Shown piece by piece: positions 15,926-24,644 of a DNA stretch of 32,000 bases. The DNA comes from Crocosphaera subtropica ATCC 51142 (lineage in GTDB: Bacteria > Cyanobacteriota > Cyanobacteriia > Cyanobacteriales > Microcystaceae): positions 4,830,001 to 4,862,000 of the forward strand of contig NC_010546.1 of assembly GCF_000017845.1 (NCBI RefSeq), given 5' to 3'. A program made the translations under genes and the position numbers. Each line of letters starts with the position of its first letter. Position 1 is the stretch's first letter. The notes under the pieces are model-generated. The model saw only the letters and a list, made by a program, of their open reading frames with translations. It ran no database searches and was not told the origin of the DNA.

Positions 15926-16428
15926 AATTAGATTTTTCCTGGAGTTCTCCTAAAAAAAGATGAATTGATAGTGAACACTGAGATCCAACTATCAGATTTT
16001 TGCTCAAAATTAGCTTTATTATCTCTCTCGGTTACACTTTAGACAAGAAGAAAACGAGATTATTTTCTCGATGGCAACCTATTCAAAGCAAGGTTTATCG
16101 AAACTTTTACCTCGATAATGTTAGTTAGACTGAGACTTTAATGCTTTGAGATAGGGCATCCCACCAAAGGCGATCGCCGTCTCGTCAACAGGTAGATTGA
16201 TCAGCGATCGCATGAATACAAGAGTTGTCGACTTATTTATGTTTTTAAGAACCGTGACTGATCTTATTATCGAATTTCTCGTTATAGCCAGTCTAAATGA
16301 TTTGTAAAAAAACAAGAGAGGTTTGACAAAGATAAAAAATCTTTATGTACTCCATCTGCTGTTCCCTATTCCCTAAAACTAAAAAATTGATATCCAATAG
16401 AAATAAGAATGCTATAAATTCTTTCTCT

Positions 16429-16452
16429 CCCCACTCCCTGCTCCCTGCTCCC
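16429..16452 (-). repeat. C4-N3-C3-N4-C3-N4-C3 tract (a canonical four-run G-quadruplex motif on the - strand), part of a TCCCTGC heptamer repeat
   Basis: C-runs lie at 16429-16432, 16436-16438, 16443-16445 and 16450-16452. The - strand reads GGGAGCAGGGAGCAGGGAGTGGGG. Confidence 0.6.
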
Positions 16453-16685
16453 TTGCAGTCTTTTGTAGCAAACATAAAGCGATTTGATATGAGTTTCCCA
16501 ACTGAAATAGATTTGCTATATAACCTGAGATCAATAAAACGTAAAATTCGATTTTAATTAGCAAATTTGGACAAAGATATCTCAAATAATTATAAATAAT
16601 TGACTGACCTTGACAAAATGAAGACTCTTGAAATGAATCGATTAAAGGTTTACAATAACATAAGAGTTTTTTTATTAAAAGAATC

Positions 16686-18215
16686 ATGATGCAAAAGTTT
16701 GACTGGAAAAAACTACAAAATGGTTCAGATATACGAGGCGTAGCCTTAGAAGGGATACCTGATGAAAAGGTCAATTTAACCCCTGAAGTCGCTAAAATTT
16801 TAGGTCAAGCTTTTGTAAGTTGGTTAGGGAAAAAATTGGGAAAAGTTCCCTCAGAATTAATAATTTCCTTGGGTCGGGATAGTCGCTTATCTGGACCTAA
16901 TCTACTAGCAGCAGTGACCGAGGGAATTAGTTTATTAGGAAGCAAGGTTTATGGTTTTGGTATTGCCTCTACTCCTGCCATGTTTATGAGTACCATCAAC
17001 CCAGAAATCAACTGTGACGGGGCAATTATGTTAACCGCTAGTCACCTCCCTTTTAATCGGAATGGGTTAAAGTTTTTTACTAAAGATGGAGGGTTGAATA
17101 AAGGGGATATTGCGGACATTTTAAATTTAGCTGAAGAAAATGAGTTTCAAATCGCTCAACAAAAAGGAATCATTCAAAACTATGATTTTATTAGCGTTTA
17201 TGCCCAAGGATTAGTTAAAAAAGTTAGGGAAGGAGTGAACCATCTAGATAATTTTGACCAACCCTTAAAAGGACTCAAAATTATTGTAGATGCTGGTAAT
17301 GGTGCAGGAGGATTTTATGCAGAGAAAGTGCTAAAACCTTTAGGTGCTGATACAACAGGTAGTCAATTTTTAGAGCCTGATGGAACGTTTCCTAATCATA
17401 TTCCTAACCCTGAAAACGAAGAAGCTATGCAGTCTATTTGTCAAGCTGTTCTTGATAATAAAGCTGACTTTGGCATTATTTTTGATACGGATGTTGATCG
17501 CAGTGCTGCCGTAGATAGTTTTGGGAAAGAACTCAACAGAAATCGCTTAATTGCTTTAATTTCTGCTATTGTTTTACAAGAACATCCAGGCTCAACTATT
17601 GTCACAGATTCTATTACCTCTGAGGGGTTAACAAGTTTCATTGAAGAAGAGTTAAACGGGGTTCATCATCGCTTTAAAAGAGGCTATAAAAATGTTATTA
17701 ATGAATCCATTAGATTGAATGATGAAGGACAAGAATCTTGGTTAGCCATTGAAACCTCTGGCCATGGAGCGATGAAAGAAAACTATTTTCTTGACGATGG
17801 GGCTTATCTAGTAACGAAACTATTAATTGAATTGGCAAAGTGTCAACAACAAGGAAAAGTCTTAACAGATTTAATTGCTAATTTAAAAGAACCTGAAGAA
17901 AGTCAAGAATTTAGGTTAAAAATTAAGACAGAAAACTTTAAAGATTATGGAAATGATATCATAAGAAAATTACAACAATTTGCAGCAACTCAGGAAAATT
18001 GGCAAATTGTTCCTAACAATTATGAAGGGGTAAGAATTTCTTGCTCATCTAGTGATGAAAATGGCTGGTTATTATTACGTTTATCTCTCCATGACCCTGT
18101 TATTCCCATTAACATAGAATCTAATATTTCAGGAGGCGTTCAAAACATTGCTACCAAGCTATTAGACTTTTTGAAAGGGTTTGATGCCTTAGATTTGACA
18201 GCATTTAATGTATAA
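16686..18215 (+). CDS. Alpha-D-phosphohexomutase (phosphomannomutase/phosphoglucomutase family)
   Basis: 509 aa. The active-site Ser loop is TASHLPFNRNG, the Mg loop is FDTDVDR, and the sugar-binding element is ETSGH. Substrate specificity cannot be decided from sequence. Confidence 0.85.
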   Translation: MMQKFDWKKLQNGSDIRGVALEGIPDEKVNLTPEVAKILGQAFVSWLGKKLGKVPSELIISLGRDSRLSGPNLLAAVTEGISLLGSKVYGFGIASTPAMFMSTINPEINCDGAIMLTASHLPFNRNGLKFFTKDGGLNKGDIADILNLAEENEFQIAQQKGIIQNYDFISVYAQGLVKKVREGVNHLDNFDQPLKGLKIIVDAGNGAGGFYAEKVLKPLGADTTGSQFLEPDGTFPNHIPNPENEEAMQSICQAVLDNKADFGIIFDTDVDRSAAVDSFGKELNRNRLIALISAIVLQEHPGSTIVTDSITSEGLTSFIEEELNGVHHRFKRGYKNVINESIRLNDEGQESWLAIETSGHGAMKENYFLDDGAYLVTKLLIELAKCQQQGKVLTDLIANLKEPEESQEFRLKIKTENFKDYGNDIIRKLQQFAATQENWQIVPNNYEGVRISCSSSDENGWLLLRLSLHDPVIPINIESNISGGVQNIATKLLDFLKGFDALDLTAFNV

Positions 18216-18338
18216 TCAAGTATAAATTATGGCACTTCTCATATTCGTGAGGTACAAAGGCGATCGCTTTGAAGTAGGAGGGAAATGTTTAGTGTACCTC
18301 ATTTAAGTGAGAAACCCTATATCAAAGGAGATCATAAG

Positions 18339-19160
18339 ATGGAAAACACGAATCTAGAAGCCATTATCACTAAATTACCAGAGTGGTTAGTTTCTTTTGG
18401 ACTTCAATTACTAGCAGCCATTATTATTCTTTTAATTGGCATACAAGTCGCTAAATTTTCTCGAAAATTAGCAGAAAAAGCACTACAAAAAACCAAAGTA
18501 GATACTACGATTATTAGTTTTCTGAGTAATGTAGTATATGTAACTGTTTTAGCATTAGTAACCATTATTGTTTTGGGACAAGTTGGGGTTAAAACCGCCT
18601 CATTAATTGCGATTTTAGGATCAGTCGGGATCGCAGTTGGTCTAGCCTTACAAGGATCATTATCTAATATAGCTTCTGGTCTTATGTTAGTTATCTTTCG
18701 TCCTTTTCGAGTGGGAGACTATATTGAAGGAGGAGGAACTGCAGGCATCGTCAAAGAAATCCAAATTTTCAATACTATTTTAACCAGTCCAGATAACCGT
18801 AGAATTTTTGTTCCTAATAGTAAGTTTTTTGAGAGTAGTATTACCAATTATTCAGCAGAAGCAACTCGCCGTATTGATTTAGTGTTTGGTATTGGCTATG
18901 AGGATAATATCAAAAAAGCGAAACAACTATTAACTGATATTTTGACAGAAGATTCTCGAATTTTAACCGATCCTTCCCCAACCGTTGGATTATTAGAATT
19001 AGGGGATAGTAGTGTCAATTTTGCTGTTCGTCCTTGGGTGAAACAAGCGGATTATTGGGACGTTTATTTTAGCTTACAAGAAACAGTAAAACAGAGATTT
19101 GATGAAGCAGGAATTAACATTCCTTTCCCTCAAACAGATGTCCACATTCATCAATCTTGA
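18339..19160 (+). CDS. Small-conductance mechanosensitive channel (MscS family)
   Basis: The ATG at 18339 is preceded by AAAGGAGatcataag; the track start at 18285 is less likely. Three N-terminal TM helices are followed by NIASGLMLVIFRPFRVGDYIE...GIVKEIQIFNTIL...DNRRIFVPNS, the typical MscS beta-domain. Confidence 0.85.
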   Translation: MENTNLEAIITKLPEWLVSFGLQLLAAIIILLIGIQVAKFSRKLAEKALQKTKVDTTIISFLSNVVYVTVLALVTIIVLGQVGVKTASLIAILGSVGIAVGLALQGSLSNIASGLMLVIFRPFRVGDYIEGGGTAGIVKEIQIFNTILTSPDNRRIFVPNSKFFESSITNYSAEATRRIDLVFGIGYEDNIKKAKQLLTDILTEDSRILTDPSPTVGLLELGDSSVNFAVRPWVKQADYWDVYFSLQETVKQRFDEAGINIPFPQTDVHIHQS

Positions 19161-19250
19161 TAATTGAGTCAACTTTCCAACCGATCGCCTCTCCTTTTTT
19201 CTCTCTTAAACTCAGATCAACCATCTTTTTATGCCTTAGCTTCTGCTTAT

Positions 19251-19913
19251 TTATTTTTTTAACGCTAAGGTTACTCCATCAGCAATCGGAATTAAACTTA
19301 AAGAAATTCTGGGATCTTGATGGAGTTTTTCGTTGAAAGCCCGAATTTTTTTCGTGCGATTATCTTGAATATCAGAATTAGCCACTTTTCCTCCCCATAA
19401 TACATTATCAATGGCAATTAATCCCCCTGGTTTGACTAACCATAAGACTTTTTCATAATAGTTGTTATAATTACTCTTATCAGCATCAATAAAGGCAAAA
19501 TCAAAGGTATTATTTTCCCCTTTTGCTATTAATTGATCTAAGGTTTCTAAAGCCGGGGCAAGATGGAAGTCAATTTTATGACGAACCCCTGCTTTTTCCC
19601 AAAATTGTTGGGCTATTTTGGTGATTTCTTCATCAACATCACAGGCAATTACTTGACCATCGAATGGCAAAGCTAAGGCAACCACTAAGGCACTATATCC
19701 TGTAAAAACCCCAATATCTAAGGTTTTTTTTGCTTTCATTAACTGCACTAATAACGCCATCAATTGACCTTGTTCTGGTGCAATTTGCATTCTGGCCATG
19801 GGATACTTTTGGGTTTCTTCTCGTAAGGCTTTTAAGATTTCTGCTTCTCTAATAGAAACCTGTTGAAAATATTGATATAAATTTGAATCTAATCCTAAAG
19901 TTTGATTAGCCAT
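19251..19913 (-). CDS. Class I SAM-dependent O-methyltransferase, family 3 (caffeoyl-CoA OMT-like)
   Basis: 220 aa. The SAM motif is KKTLDIGVFTGYSAL, and FDFAFIDADKSNY and GGLIAIDNVLWGG are typical of cation-dependent OMTs. Confidence 0.8.
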   Translation of the reverse strand: MANQTLGLDSNLYQYFQQVSIREAEILKALREETQKYPMARMQIAPEQGQLMALLVQLMKAKKTLDIGVFTGYSALVVALALPFDGQVIACDVDEEITKIAQQFWEKAGVRHKIDFHLAPALETLDQLIAKGENNTFDFAFIDADKSNYNNYYEKVLWLVKPGGLIAIDNVLWGGKVANSDIQDNRTKKIRAFNEKLHQDPRISLSLIPIADGVTLALKK

Positions 19914-19940
19914 TTTCCTATTTCTAAATTCTAGATTCTA

Positions 19941-20159
19941 TTAACCACCACCAACAATGGTAACAATTTCTAAGCGATCGCCTGTTTTTAAGGTAGTATT
20001 TTCCCAATATTGTCGATGCAAAATTTCTCCATTATATTCTACTGCCACTAAGCGAGGATTGAGTCCCATTGTTTCCAAAAATTGAGGTAAATTATATCCC
20101 GATGAACAGGTTTTTTCTTCCCCATTCACTTGTAATTTTACGATTTCTGTACTATTCAT
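19941..20159 (-). CDS. thiS: Sulfur-carrier protein ThiS
   Basis: 72 aa with a ubiquitin-like size. It ends in ...EIVTIVGGG and lies 3 bp downstream of thiE. Confidence 0.85.
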   Translation of the reverse strand: MNSTEIVKLQVNGEEKTCSSGYNLPQFLETMGLNPRLVAVEYNGEILHRQYWENTTLKTGDRLEIVTIVGGG

Positions 20160-20162
20160 TGA

Positions 20163-21182
20163 TTATTTTACCGTTAATATTTTTAATAATTTTTGTGTTG
20201 TTTTTTGGGGATCATCTGCTTCCATAATAGCACGAACTAAAGCTACTTGAGTTGCCCCTGATGCGATTACTTCAGTCATATTAGTTTCGTCAATTCCACC
20301 AATAGCAAACCAAGGAATAGAAGACGTTTCGGCTGCATATTTCACATAGTCTAAGCCGGCTGCTTTTTTATCGGGTTTTGTCGGGGTAGCATACACTGGG
20401 CCAACGCCAATGTAATCGGCTTTTTCAGCGATCGCTTTTTCCATTTCTTGGGGGTTTGTCGTCGAACGCCCAATAATTTTATTGGGGCCTAATATGCGTC
20501 TTGCTAGGGCAATGGGGATGTCTTGTTGTCCTAAATGAACCCCATCTGCATTGACAGCTAAAGCAATATCAACTCGGTCGTTAACGATAAACAAAGCATC
20601 ATATTGATGACATAATTCACATAATTTTTGAGCCATTTCTAAGCGAACAATATCATCTATTTTTTTCTCTCGATACTGAAGCAAGGTTAAGCCCCCTTGT
20701 AAAGCAGATTCTACAATTTTTAAGAAATTTTCTCTTGAAGAAGTGACCAAATATAAGGGCGATTGTTTTAACTTTTGATAACGATAATTTTGCAATAATT
20801 CACTTTCTAACGTATAAACTTGATAACGAATTTTTTTACAAGCAGTTCCCATATTTCCATCATATAGTTTCCCATATTCTTCTAATACCCTTAACGCCTC
20901 TTGAACTCGACATAAATTAGCTTGTAAAAGTTGATTTATAGTTTCTCTTTTTTCTTCTTGAGGATGAGATATTTGTATTCCTGGATCATTCGGTGTATCT
21001 CTGGCCATGCGTAACTCTGATGTATGCCAATAGGCAATTTCTTGACGCATTTGTTTACACTTTTCTGCCCAATCACTATTTTCTAATCCTAACCGACACC
21101 ATTCTTCAACGACTCTTAAGCCTTCCCTTGCCCGATCTAAATTAGCATCTAAAATGCGAAAAATTGCTAAATTTTTATCCAT
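20163..21182 (-). CDS. thiE: Thiamine-phosphate synthase with an N-terminal helical extension of about 140 aa
   Basis: The C-terminal TIM-barrel part is LYLVTS...LLQYREK...FIVNDRVDIALAVNADGVHLGQQD...GVGPVYATPTKP...PWFAIGGI. The start is chosen at the ATG at 21182 (MDKNLAIF). The ATG at 21215 and the GTG at 21245 are alternatives. Confidence 0.85.
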   Translation of the reverse strand: MDKNLAIFRILDANLDRAREGLRVVEEWCRLGLENSDWAEKCKQMRQEIAYWHTSELRMARDTPNDPGIQISHPQEEKRETINQLLQANLCRVQEALRVLEEYGKLYDGNMGTACKKIRYQVYTLESELLQNYRYQKLKQSPLYLVTSSRENFLKIVESALQGGLTLLQYREKKIDDIVRLEMAQKLCELCHQYDALFIVNDRVDIALAVNADGVHLGQQDIPIALARRILGPNKIIGRSTTNPQEMEKAIAEKADYIGVGPVYATPTKPDKKAAGLDYVKYAAETSSIPWFAIGGIDETNMTEVIASGATQVALVRAIMEADDPQKTTQKLLKILTVK

Positions 21183-21275
21183 GTTTTCTTGACAGTATCT
21201 TGATATTATTTTCATGGGACGAAGGTGCGTTACTAAGTAGCGCACCCTCTATAAATGAGAAGCCAAAATAAAAGC

Positions 21276-22448
21276 TTAAGCTTCTACTAAACGAATAGCA
21301 GCCCCTAAACCAGCAGCCATTTCTTCCGGGGTAATTTTGCCATCATGATTCACATCAATAGCATCAAAAACCACATCCGTTCCTGCCCATTCTTCACGGG
21401 TAATAAAGCCATCTCCATCTAAATCATAGACACGGAAAATATCAGCGGCCGCATTATTAACTTTGGTTTCTCCTTCGATACGAGTTAAGCGATCTTTGAG
21501 CATTTCTTCGAGGGTTTCTAGGGCTTTGGTAAACCCTGTGATGCCTTCATCTAGTTTTTCATAAGCCATTTTATCCTCTTGGTGCATCTTATCAAAAGTT
21601 GCTTTATCCATCGGGATTTTTTCGATATCCATTTTAGCAGCAGCTTCAGGATCGAGCTTACGAGGTAACGCTTCTTCGGTAGAATTTAATTGCTCTAATA
21701 ATTTAGGAGAAATCGTTAATAAATCGCTACCAGCCAACTCACAAATTTCTCCGATATTACGGAAACTTGCCCCCATTACTTCGGTTTTATAACCGAATTT
21801 TTTGTAATAGTTGTAAATGCTGGTAACAGAGATTACCCCAGGATCTTCTGTAGGGGCATATTCTTTACCTGTTTCTTTTTTGTACCAGTCTAAAATACGA
21901 CCCACAAAAGGAGAAATTAAGGTAATATTAGCTTCTGCACAAGCAATGGCTTGGTGCATTCCAAAGAGTAAGGTTAAGTTACAGTGAATCCCTTCTTTTT
22001 CTAAGATTTCTGCTGCTTTAATGCCTTCCCAAGTAGAGGCAATTTTAATTAAGATGCGATCGCGGGAAACCCCGGCTTTTTCGTATTCAGAAATCAAATA
22101 ACGGGCTTTTTCAAGAGTGCCTTCCGTATCATAAGATAAACGGGCATCTACCTCCGTTGAAACTCGGCCGGGGATAATTTCGAGGATTTTTAAGCCAAAG
22201 GCTACCGCTAAGCGATCAAATGCTAGGGTAACTACATCCGACTCATCGGCATCTTTTCCCAACTCTTTCCTAGCAATTTTTAGGGTGTCATCCACAATAG
22301 ACTGATATTGTGGCATTTGAGCAGCAGCAGTGATTAAGGAAGGGTTTGTTGTGGCATCACGGGGGGTAAAGGTTTCAATGGCTTGAATATCCCCTGTATC
22401 AGCAACAACAATGGTAAATTCTCTCAATTGTTCTAATAATGTTGCCAT
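21276..22448 (-). CDS. tal: Transaldolase fused to a C-terminal pair of EF-hand Ca-binding loops
   Basis: 390 aa. The transaldolase core is [10 protein letters not shown]...DATTNPSLI...[10 protein letters not shown]...NLTLLF. The C-terminus has [12 protein letters not shown] and [12 protein letters not shown] (nt 21321-21425). Confidence 0.9.
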   Translation of the reverse strand: MATLLEQLREFTIVVADTGDIQAIETFTPRDATTNPSLITAAAQMPQYQSIVDDTLKIARKELGKDADESDVVTLAFDRLAVAFGLKILEIIPGRVSTEVDARLSYDTEGTLEKARYLISEYEKAGVSRDRILIKIASTWEGIKAAEILEKEGIHCNLTLLFGMHQAIACAEANITLISPFVGRILDWYKKETGKEYAPTEDPGVISVTSIYNYYKKFGYKTEVMGASFRNIGEICELAGSDLLTISPKLLEQLNSTEEALPRKLDPEAAAKMDIEKIPMDKATFDKMHQEDKMAYEKLDEGITGFTKALETLEEMLKDRLTRIEGETKVNNAAADIFRVYDLDGDGFITREEWAGTDVVFDAIDVNHDGKITPEEMAAGLGAAIRLVEA

Positions 22449-22823
22449 ATTTGCTCCTTACGATAAAGGTAAAAATTCCAAAATTTAAGCAGATAACTTA
22501 AGCTTAATCAACCCTGATCATGCTATCCTTTTAACCATATCAGCTACTGCTTGTATCCATTGATAATTTCAGGAATTCCTAATCATTTGTGCTTCTTTTT
22601 TTGCCAATAGTTTCAGAGTTTACCTCTTGCCTAATTAAGTATCATCTTGACTTAAATTGTAGAGAGCTTCCTAAAATTTTCAAGGTAAAAGGCAACACCG
22701 TAACAGAAAAGAGTGAGGGGATTAGCAATAGAATCTATTTTCGTCTAAAAATAAAAAGGGGAGATTCTTAAATTGCTAATCCCAATAGAAATACAGTAAA
22801 AACCAACACAATTGGACAATTTT

Positions 22824-23210
22824 TTACGATTCCTTCCTCAGATTTTGACCAGTTTGATCGGTACGATAAACCCAAGTGGTTTCACCGGCCGTTACCGTTA
22901 CTCGCCATCCTTCGACTAATGCTTGGGTACAGAATTCATCGGGTTGTGCTAATCCTAAACAACCATCAGACCACGTTTTGGCCTCGGTTTGTTCTACCTG
23001 TAAGTTTTCCGAATTAATGGTATTGTTATTAGTGATATCCTTAAAAACAGCATCGATCACTGCTTGAGGTGTTTCGGTGTTATTATTCATGGTTTCTTGA
23101 CCCATAGTTGGTTCAGAAGTAGGTTCAGTTACATCGGGGGTATTTGAGGATTGACATCCCCAAACACTAATCAGAATAACTAAACAACAACAAAAACAAA
23201 ACTTTCTCAT
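22824..23210 (-). CDS. Hypothetical lipoprotein
   Basis: 128 aa. The signal peptide has a lipobox-like LISVWGC. A T/N/E-rich linker follows. The C-terminal module WSDGCLGLAQPDEFCTQALVEGWRVTVTAGETTWVYRTD has a Cys pair. Confidence 0.6.
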   Translation of the reverse strand: MRKFCFCCCLVILISVWGCQSSNTPDVTEPTSEPTMGQETMNNNTETPQAVIDAVFKDITNNNTINSENLQVEQTEAKTWSDGCLGLAQPDEFCTQALVEGWRVTVTAGETTWVYRTDQTGQNLRKES

Positions 23211-23322
23211 TCAATTCTCCATCAAAGCCTAAGCCTAAAAAAATTTTCCTCACCAGAAGCATAATTTACCTGTACTTTTGGGAATTCTTAACATATACAA
23301 GACTATATCCCCAATCATCCAT

Positions 23323-24120
23323 ATGTCTTCTCAATGGTTTTCTCATCGACCACTACTTGCACAAACCACGGAAGTTCCCTCTAATCCTTCTGTGACTCCT
23401 TCTCCTGGTTCTTCTGGTTCCAGTGGACAATTGTGGATGATTAGCACGATTTCCCTTTCAGTCATCCTAGCGGTTTTCATTGCTTATGGTCAATGGCAAT
23501 TAAAACAAACGGCAAAAACCTTAAAATTTGAAAAGTTTAAAAATAAGGATCTTAAAAAAAAGTTAAAATTAGCCCTAGTTACCATCAGAAAAATGGAAGG
23601 AAACCCCGACCTCGTTTATGCCAGGGAATTTAACTTAGATTATTTACGAATGCGCATGGATGAAGAGGTATTTCACTATGTGATTGTTAATCAAATTAAA
23701 ATGAAAGTTACTCAATTAATTGGTGCGGCCTTACGTCCTAGTACGGATAAAGTCCAGGCCGGGATGATGACAGGGGGACGAAATATCGATGAAAGTTTTG
23801 ATGTAACCTATGAAGTTGAAACCCAAGAAGGACAATGGAATAAAGGGGTTTTATTTCGTATTTCCATTAAATTAATGAAATTACCCACTCAGTCAAGTGC
23901 TTCAACTGTTAGTCAAATTCTTGAATGTATCGAAAACTTTTTATCCCCTATAACCACCAAAGAAAATTGGCAACCGGCCATTCAAGGACAAGTGGTATTG
24001 ATTAGTTGGGATCAAAAAGCTAAACCCACTCCTTTATTAGTCATAGAACAATCAGAAGAAGGACTCAACCTTACCCAAAAACATCATTTATCATCTCATC
24101 GTAAGTTATCTTCCTCTTAA
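23323..24120 (+). CDS. Hypothetical single-pass membrane protein
   Basis: ATG at 23323 (the track uses TTG at 23278). It has a P/S-rich N-terminus, one TM helix (LWMISTISLSVILAVFIAY), a K-rich helix, and then a globular part of about 170 aa. I recognise no family motif. Confidence 0.55.
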   Translation: MSSQWFSHRPLLAQTTEVPSNPSVTPSPGSSGSSGQLWMISTISLSVILAVFIAYGQWQLKQTAKTLKFEKFKNKDLKKKLKLALVTIRKMEGNPDLVYAREFNLDYLRMRMDEEVFHYVIVNQIKMKVTQLIGAALRPSTDKVQAGMMTGGRNIDESFDVTYEVETQEGQWNKGVLFRISIKLMKLPTQSSASTVSQILECIENFLSPITTKENWQPAIQGQVVLISWDQKAKPTPLLVIEQSEEGLNLTQKHHLSSHRKLSSS

Positions 24121-24251
24121 TTATTAAAGATAATAAGTGAATCGAAGTCAGTTGGCTGATATTTCTACCAGAAAAGTCGTAGTTTCCCTATCCTATTTTG
24201 AGCATTAAATCAGAGAAACTAAAAGTAAGGGTGATAATAAGGTAAACAACA

Positions 24252-24602
24252 ATGAGCAATAATCAACCGCTTCCTCCTGATGACTCTCCCCCTCCGGTGT
24301 CTCTAGACTGGGAACTAGGAAGAGAACTTGATGAGATTGCAGCACAGTATTTTTATCAAGATTGCGATCGCACCACACAAAAAATTCTCTCTCGTTGTGG
24401 GTGGTATTTGTCCAGTTTTATCGAATATCCTACTTTAGTGATTGCTTGTCCCGACCAAGTCACTAATTGGCTGATTCTCAAACAATTAATGCCTTTAGCT
24501 AGAATCTTACGCCAGTGGTTAACAACGGCTCAGATTCGCATCTATCCCCCTCCAGGAGAAGGCAATGTCTTAGAACTTTCGGTTCTTCAAGATATACCCT
24601 AA
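24252..24602 (+). CDS. Hypothetical protein
   Basis: 116 aa with an ATG start and codon usage like its neighbours. I recognise no motif. Confidence 0.5.
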   Translation: MSNNQPLPPDDSPPPVSLDWELGRELDEIAAQYFYQDCDRTTQKILSRCGWYLSSFIEYPTLVIACPDQVTNWLILKQLMPLARILRQWLTTAQIRIYPPPGEGNVLELSVLQDIP

Positions 24603-24616
24603 GTTAACCTGAACGT

Positions 24617-24644
24617 GAGTTCGGAGTTCGGAGTTCGGAGTTGA
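24617..24644 (+). repeat. Tandem heptamer array GAGTTCG x3 plus GAGTTGA
   Basis: Units lie at 24617-24623, 24624-24630, 24631-24637 and 24638-24644. The array starts 14 nt after the stop at 24602 and is followed by a T7 run (24648-24654). Confidence 0.9.

Noticed and set aside
15816-16774. Five mutually overlapping 60-120-aa track ORFs in the psbZ-phosphohexomutase spacer.
   Set aside because: They overlap one another on both strands. Their translations are low-complexity or Cys/Phe/Leu-rich, they lack RBS, and one overlaps psbZ antisense. They are most likely non-coding.
17441-17641. A 66-aa ORF antisense to the phosphohexomutase gene.
   Set aside because: It is a shadow ORF inside a well-supported gene.
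18248-18301. A 9-bp inverted repeat TGAGGTACA ... TGTACCTCA after the phosphohexomutase gene, considered as a terminator.
   Set aside because: The 36-nt loop (which contains a HIP1 site) is too large for a typical intrinsic terminator, and the right arm overlaps the alternative upstream start of the MscS ORF. It is left unannotated.
21183-21275. A TPP riboswitch upstream of thiE.
   Set aside because: The gap to the tal stop is under 100 nt, and it lacks the conserved CUGAGA / ACCUGAUCUGGAUAAUGCCAGCG-like elements.
22589-23067. ORFs 22589-22771 and 22876-23067.
   Set aside because: The first lies in the tal promoter spacer, uses a non-ATG start, and has no RBS and a low-complexity translation. 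The second is antisense to the lipoprotein gene.
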